Below the pieces are notes generated by a model. It did not search any database, had not been told where the DNA came from, and saw nothing but the letters and a program-made list of their open reading frames with translations. Made by a program: the position numbers and the translations under genes. From Eledone cirrhosa (Eukaryota), in NCBI GenBank assembly GCA_964016885.1, contig OZ024752.1, positions 39,804,001 to 39,868,000 on the forward strand: DNA of 64,000 nucleotides, written 5' to 3'. This document shows, one piece after another, positions 1 to 64,000 of this stretch (position 1 is its first letter; every line of letters starts with the position of its first letter).

Positions 1-81
1 TGTGAGGCAAACCAACATGCTTGCAACATTATTGCGGGTGATGCCATGTGAATGATTGAGAGACTTGGTGGTGCACATTAA

Positions 82-450
82 CCCTTTAGCATTTACTTTA
101 CTCTATATATACTATTGTATTTTTGCAGTAAGGGCTTTATCTCACATAATATTGAATCTATGTGATTTTGATATTATAATTATTATTATGGCCCTTTGCG
201 TTCTGAGTTCAAATCCCACCGAGGTTAACTTTGCCTTTCATCTTTATGGAGTCGGTAAAATAAAGTACCAGTAATGCACTGGGATAATTGCTGGCCTTGT
301 GTCAAAAGTAGAAACAATTATTATTATTATTATTATTATTATTATTTAGAACAATACCTTAACATAAGTATGAGTGGCTAGTTACATCCGGTTTGAACAG
401 AAAGAGGTGAAGGATTCTGGTCGGATATAACCGGTTTAAATGCTAAAGGG
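82..450. mobile_element. piggyBac-type MITE with TTAA TSD and nested SINE; other copies at 6543-6895, 10338-10499, 32070-32409, 53206-53427, 57244-57528
   Basis: TTAA|CCCTTTAGCATTTA...TAAATGCTAAAGGG|TTAA termini and shared internal sequence. Confidence 0.8.
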
Positions 451-601
451 TTAAATATGTATAAAATAAATAAAACTATTTCAAATAACACTCTCCGCTC
501 ACCTTCAAAATTTAGTCATCTAGCTAATAAAAAAAAATCTTTCTTTATTTATTCCTTTACTAATACTTATTTTATTCAATTTTAACCTAACTTTATTCTA
601 G

Positions 602-61836
<61,235 letters not shown>

Positions 61837-61914
61837 GTAAGTTGTGTTTTCTGTAAATTTTATTTATATATTCTATATTGCAATTAGAAAACATATTACC
61901 AATGTTACATTATA

Positions 61915-63376
61915 GTTTCTACTATACCAATCACTAACTCATCTACTATACCAATCACTAAGTCATCTACTATACCAATCACTAACTCATCTACTATACC
62001 AATCACTAAGTCATCTACTATACCAATCACTAACTCATCTACTATACCAATCACTAAGTCATCTACTATACCAATCACTAACTCATCTACTATACCAATC
62101 ACTAAGTCATCTACTATACCAATCACTAACTCATCTACTATACCAATCACTAAGTCATCTACTATACCAATCACTAACTCATCTACTATACCAATCACTA
62201 AGTCATCTACTATACCAATCACTAACTCACCTACTATACCAATCACTAAGTCATCTACTATACCAATCACTAACTCACCTACTATACCAATCACTAAGTC
62301 ATCTACTATACCAATCACTAAGTCATCTACTATACCAATCACTAACTCATCTACTATACCAATCACTAAGTCATCTACTATACCAATCACTAACTCATCT
62401 ACTATACCAATCACTAAGTCATCTACTATACCAATCACTAAGTCATCTACTATACCAATCACTAAGTCATCTACTATACCAATCACTAACTCATCTACTA
62501 TACCAATCACTAAGTCATCTACTATACCAATCACTAACTCATCTACTATACCAATCACTAAGTCATCTACTATACCAATCACTAACTCATCTACTATACC
62601 AATCACTAAGTCATCTACTATAGCAATCACTAACTCACCTACTATACCAATCACTAAGTCATCTACTATACCAATCACTAAGTCATCTACTATACCAATC
62701 ACTAACTCATCTACTATACCAATCACTAACTCATCTACTATACCAATCACTAAGTCATCTACTATACCAATCACTAAGTCATCTACTATACCAATCACTA
62801 AGTCATCTACTATACCAATCACTAAGTCATCTACTATACCAATCACTAACTCATCTACTATACCAATCACTAAGTCATCTACTATACCAATCACTAACTC
62901 ATCTACTATACCAATCACTAAGTCATCTACTATACCAATCACTAACTCATCTACTATACCAATCACTAAGTCATCTACTATACCAATCACTAAGTCATCT
63001 ACTATACCAATCACTAACTCATCTACTATACCAATCACTAAGTCATCTACTATACCAATCACTAAGTCATCTACTATACCAATCACTAACTCATCTACTA
63101 TACCAATCACTAAGTCATCTACTATACCAATCACTAAGTCATCTACTATACCAATCACTAACTCATCTACTATACCAATCACTAACTCATCTACTATACC
63201 AATCACTAACTCATCTACTATACCAATCACTAACTCATCTACTATACCAATCACTAACTCATCTACTATACCAATCACTAAGTCATCTACTATACCAATC
63301 ACTAAGTCATCTACTATACCAATCACTAAGTCATCTACTATACCAATCACTAAGTCATCTACTATAGCAATCACTA
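61915..63376. repeat. 21-bp minisatellite (ctactataccaatcactaa[g/c]tcat), about 70 copies
   Basis: Near-perfect repeat with two main variants. Confidence 0.95.
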
Positions 63377-63736
63377 GCTCAGTACAGTTTCTATGGTGAG
63401 AGTGACAATGGATTGTCTATAACTTGGTTGGGTTGGCTTTGTTAAAAAAAAGCACTGTTTTTCACTACTGCTTACATGTTTTGCAGATATATGCTTGAAG
63501 ATATAAATATTCATACATACCTACATACATACACAAAAACACACACACAAACATTTTTTATATATATATATGTATATATATATATATAAATATGTATATA
63601 TATATATAAATATGTATATATATATATATACACATATAAATATGTATATATATATGTATATATATATATATAAATATGTATATATATATATATATATGTA
63701 TACATATAAATATGTATATATATACATATAAATATG

Positions 63737-63785
<49 letters not shown>

Positions 63786-64000
63786 GTATAAATATGTATA
63801 TATATATATATATGTATAAATATGTATATATATATGTATAAATATGTATATATATATGTATAAATATGTATATATATATATTGGCCTTGCAATCGAAATG
63901 TTGTGAGTTCAATTATCAGACCGGGTGATGTGTTGTTTCCTTGAGCAAGACACTTTATTTCACATTGCTCCAGTTTACTCAGCTGTAGAAATGAGATGAT

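Noticed and set aside
61905-63374. 489-aa ORF (IGIVD[D/E]LV)n on - strand
   Set aside because: Stop-free frame of a 21-bp minisatellite; no unique coding flanks and antisense within an intron.

Overview
Eukaryotic, very AT- and microsatellite-rich DNA. The SINE/LINE families and (TA)n load suggest a coleoid cephalopod, probably an octopod (inference). The whole window is the interior of one + strand gene encoding a giant non-classical cadherin. I read 36 GT-AG exons, all phase 0, strictly alternating long (174-189 nt) and short (117-147 nt). Together they give about 5,604 nt / 1,868 aa, or 17 complete plus 2 partial cadherin (EC) repeats. No start, transmembrane or stop exon is in the window. 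The repeats lack the canonical Ca2+ motifs DxNDN and LDRE, mostly using an R-N-x-x-x-P-x-F linker, and show 3-domain then 2-domain super-repeat periodicity. The introns hold tRNA-derived SINEs, RTE/CR1/R4-like LINE 3' ends, piggyBac-type and mariner-type MITEs and minisatellites. They also hold several minimal type I hammerhead ribozyme motifs in palindromic, Penelope-like inserts, a 24 x 74-bp tandem array of Pol III A/B-box units, and a minisatellite made of 13 duplicated copies of an exon's 3' splice site.
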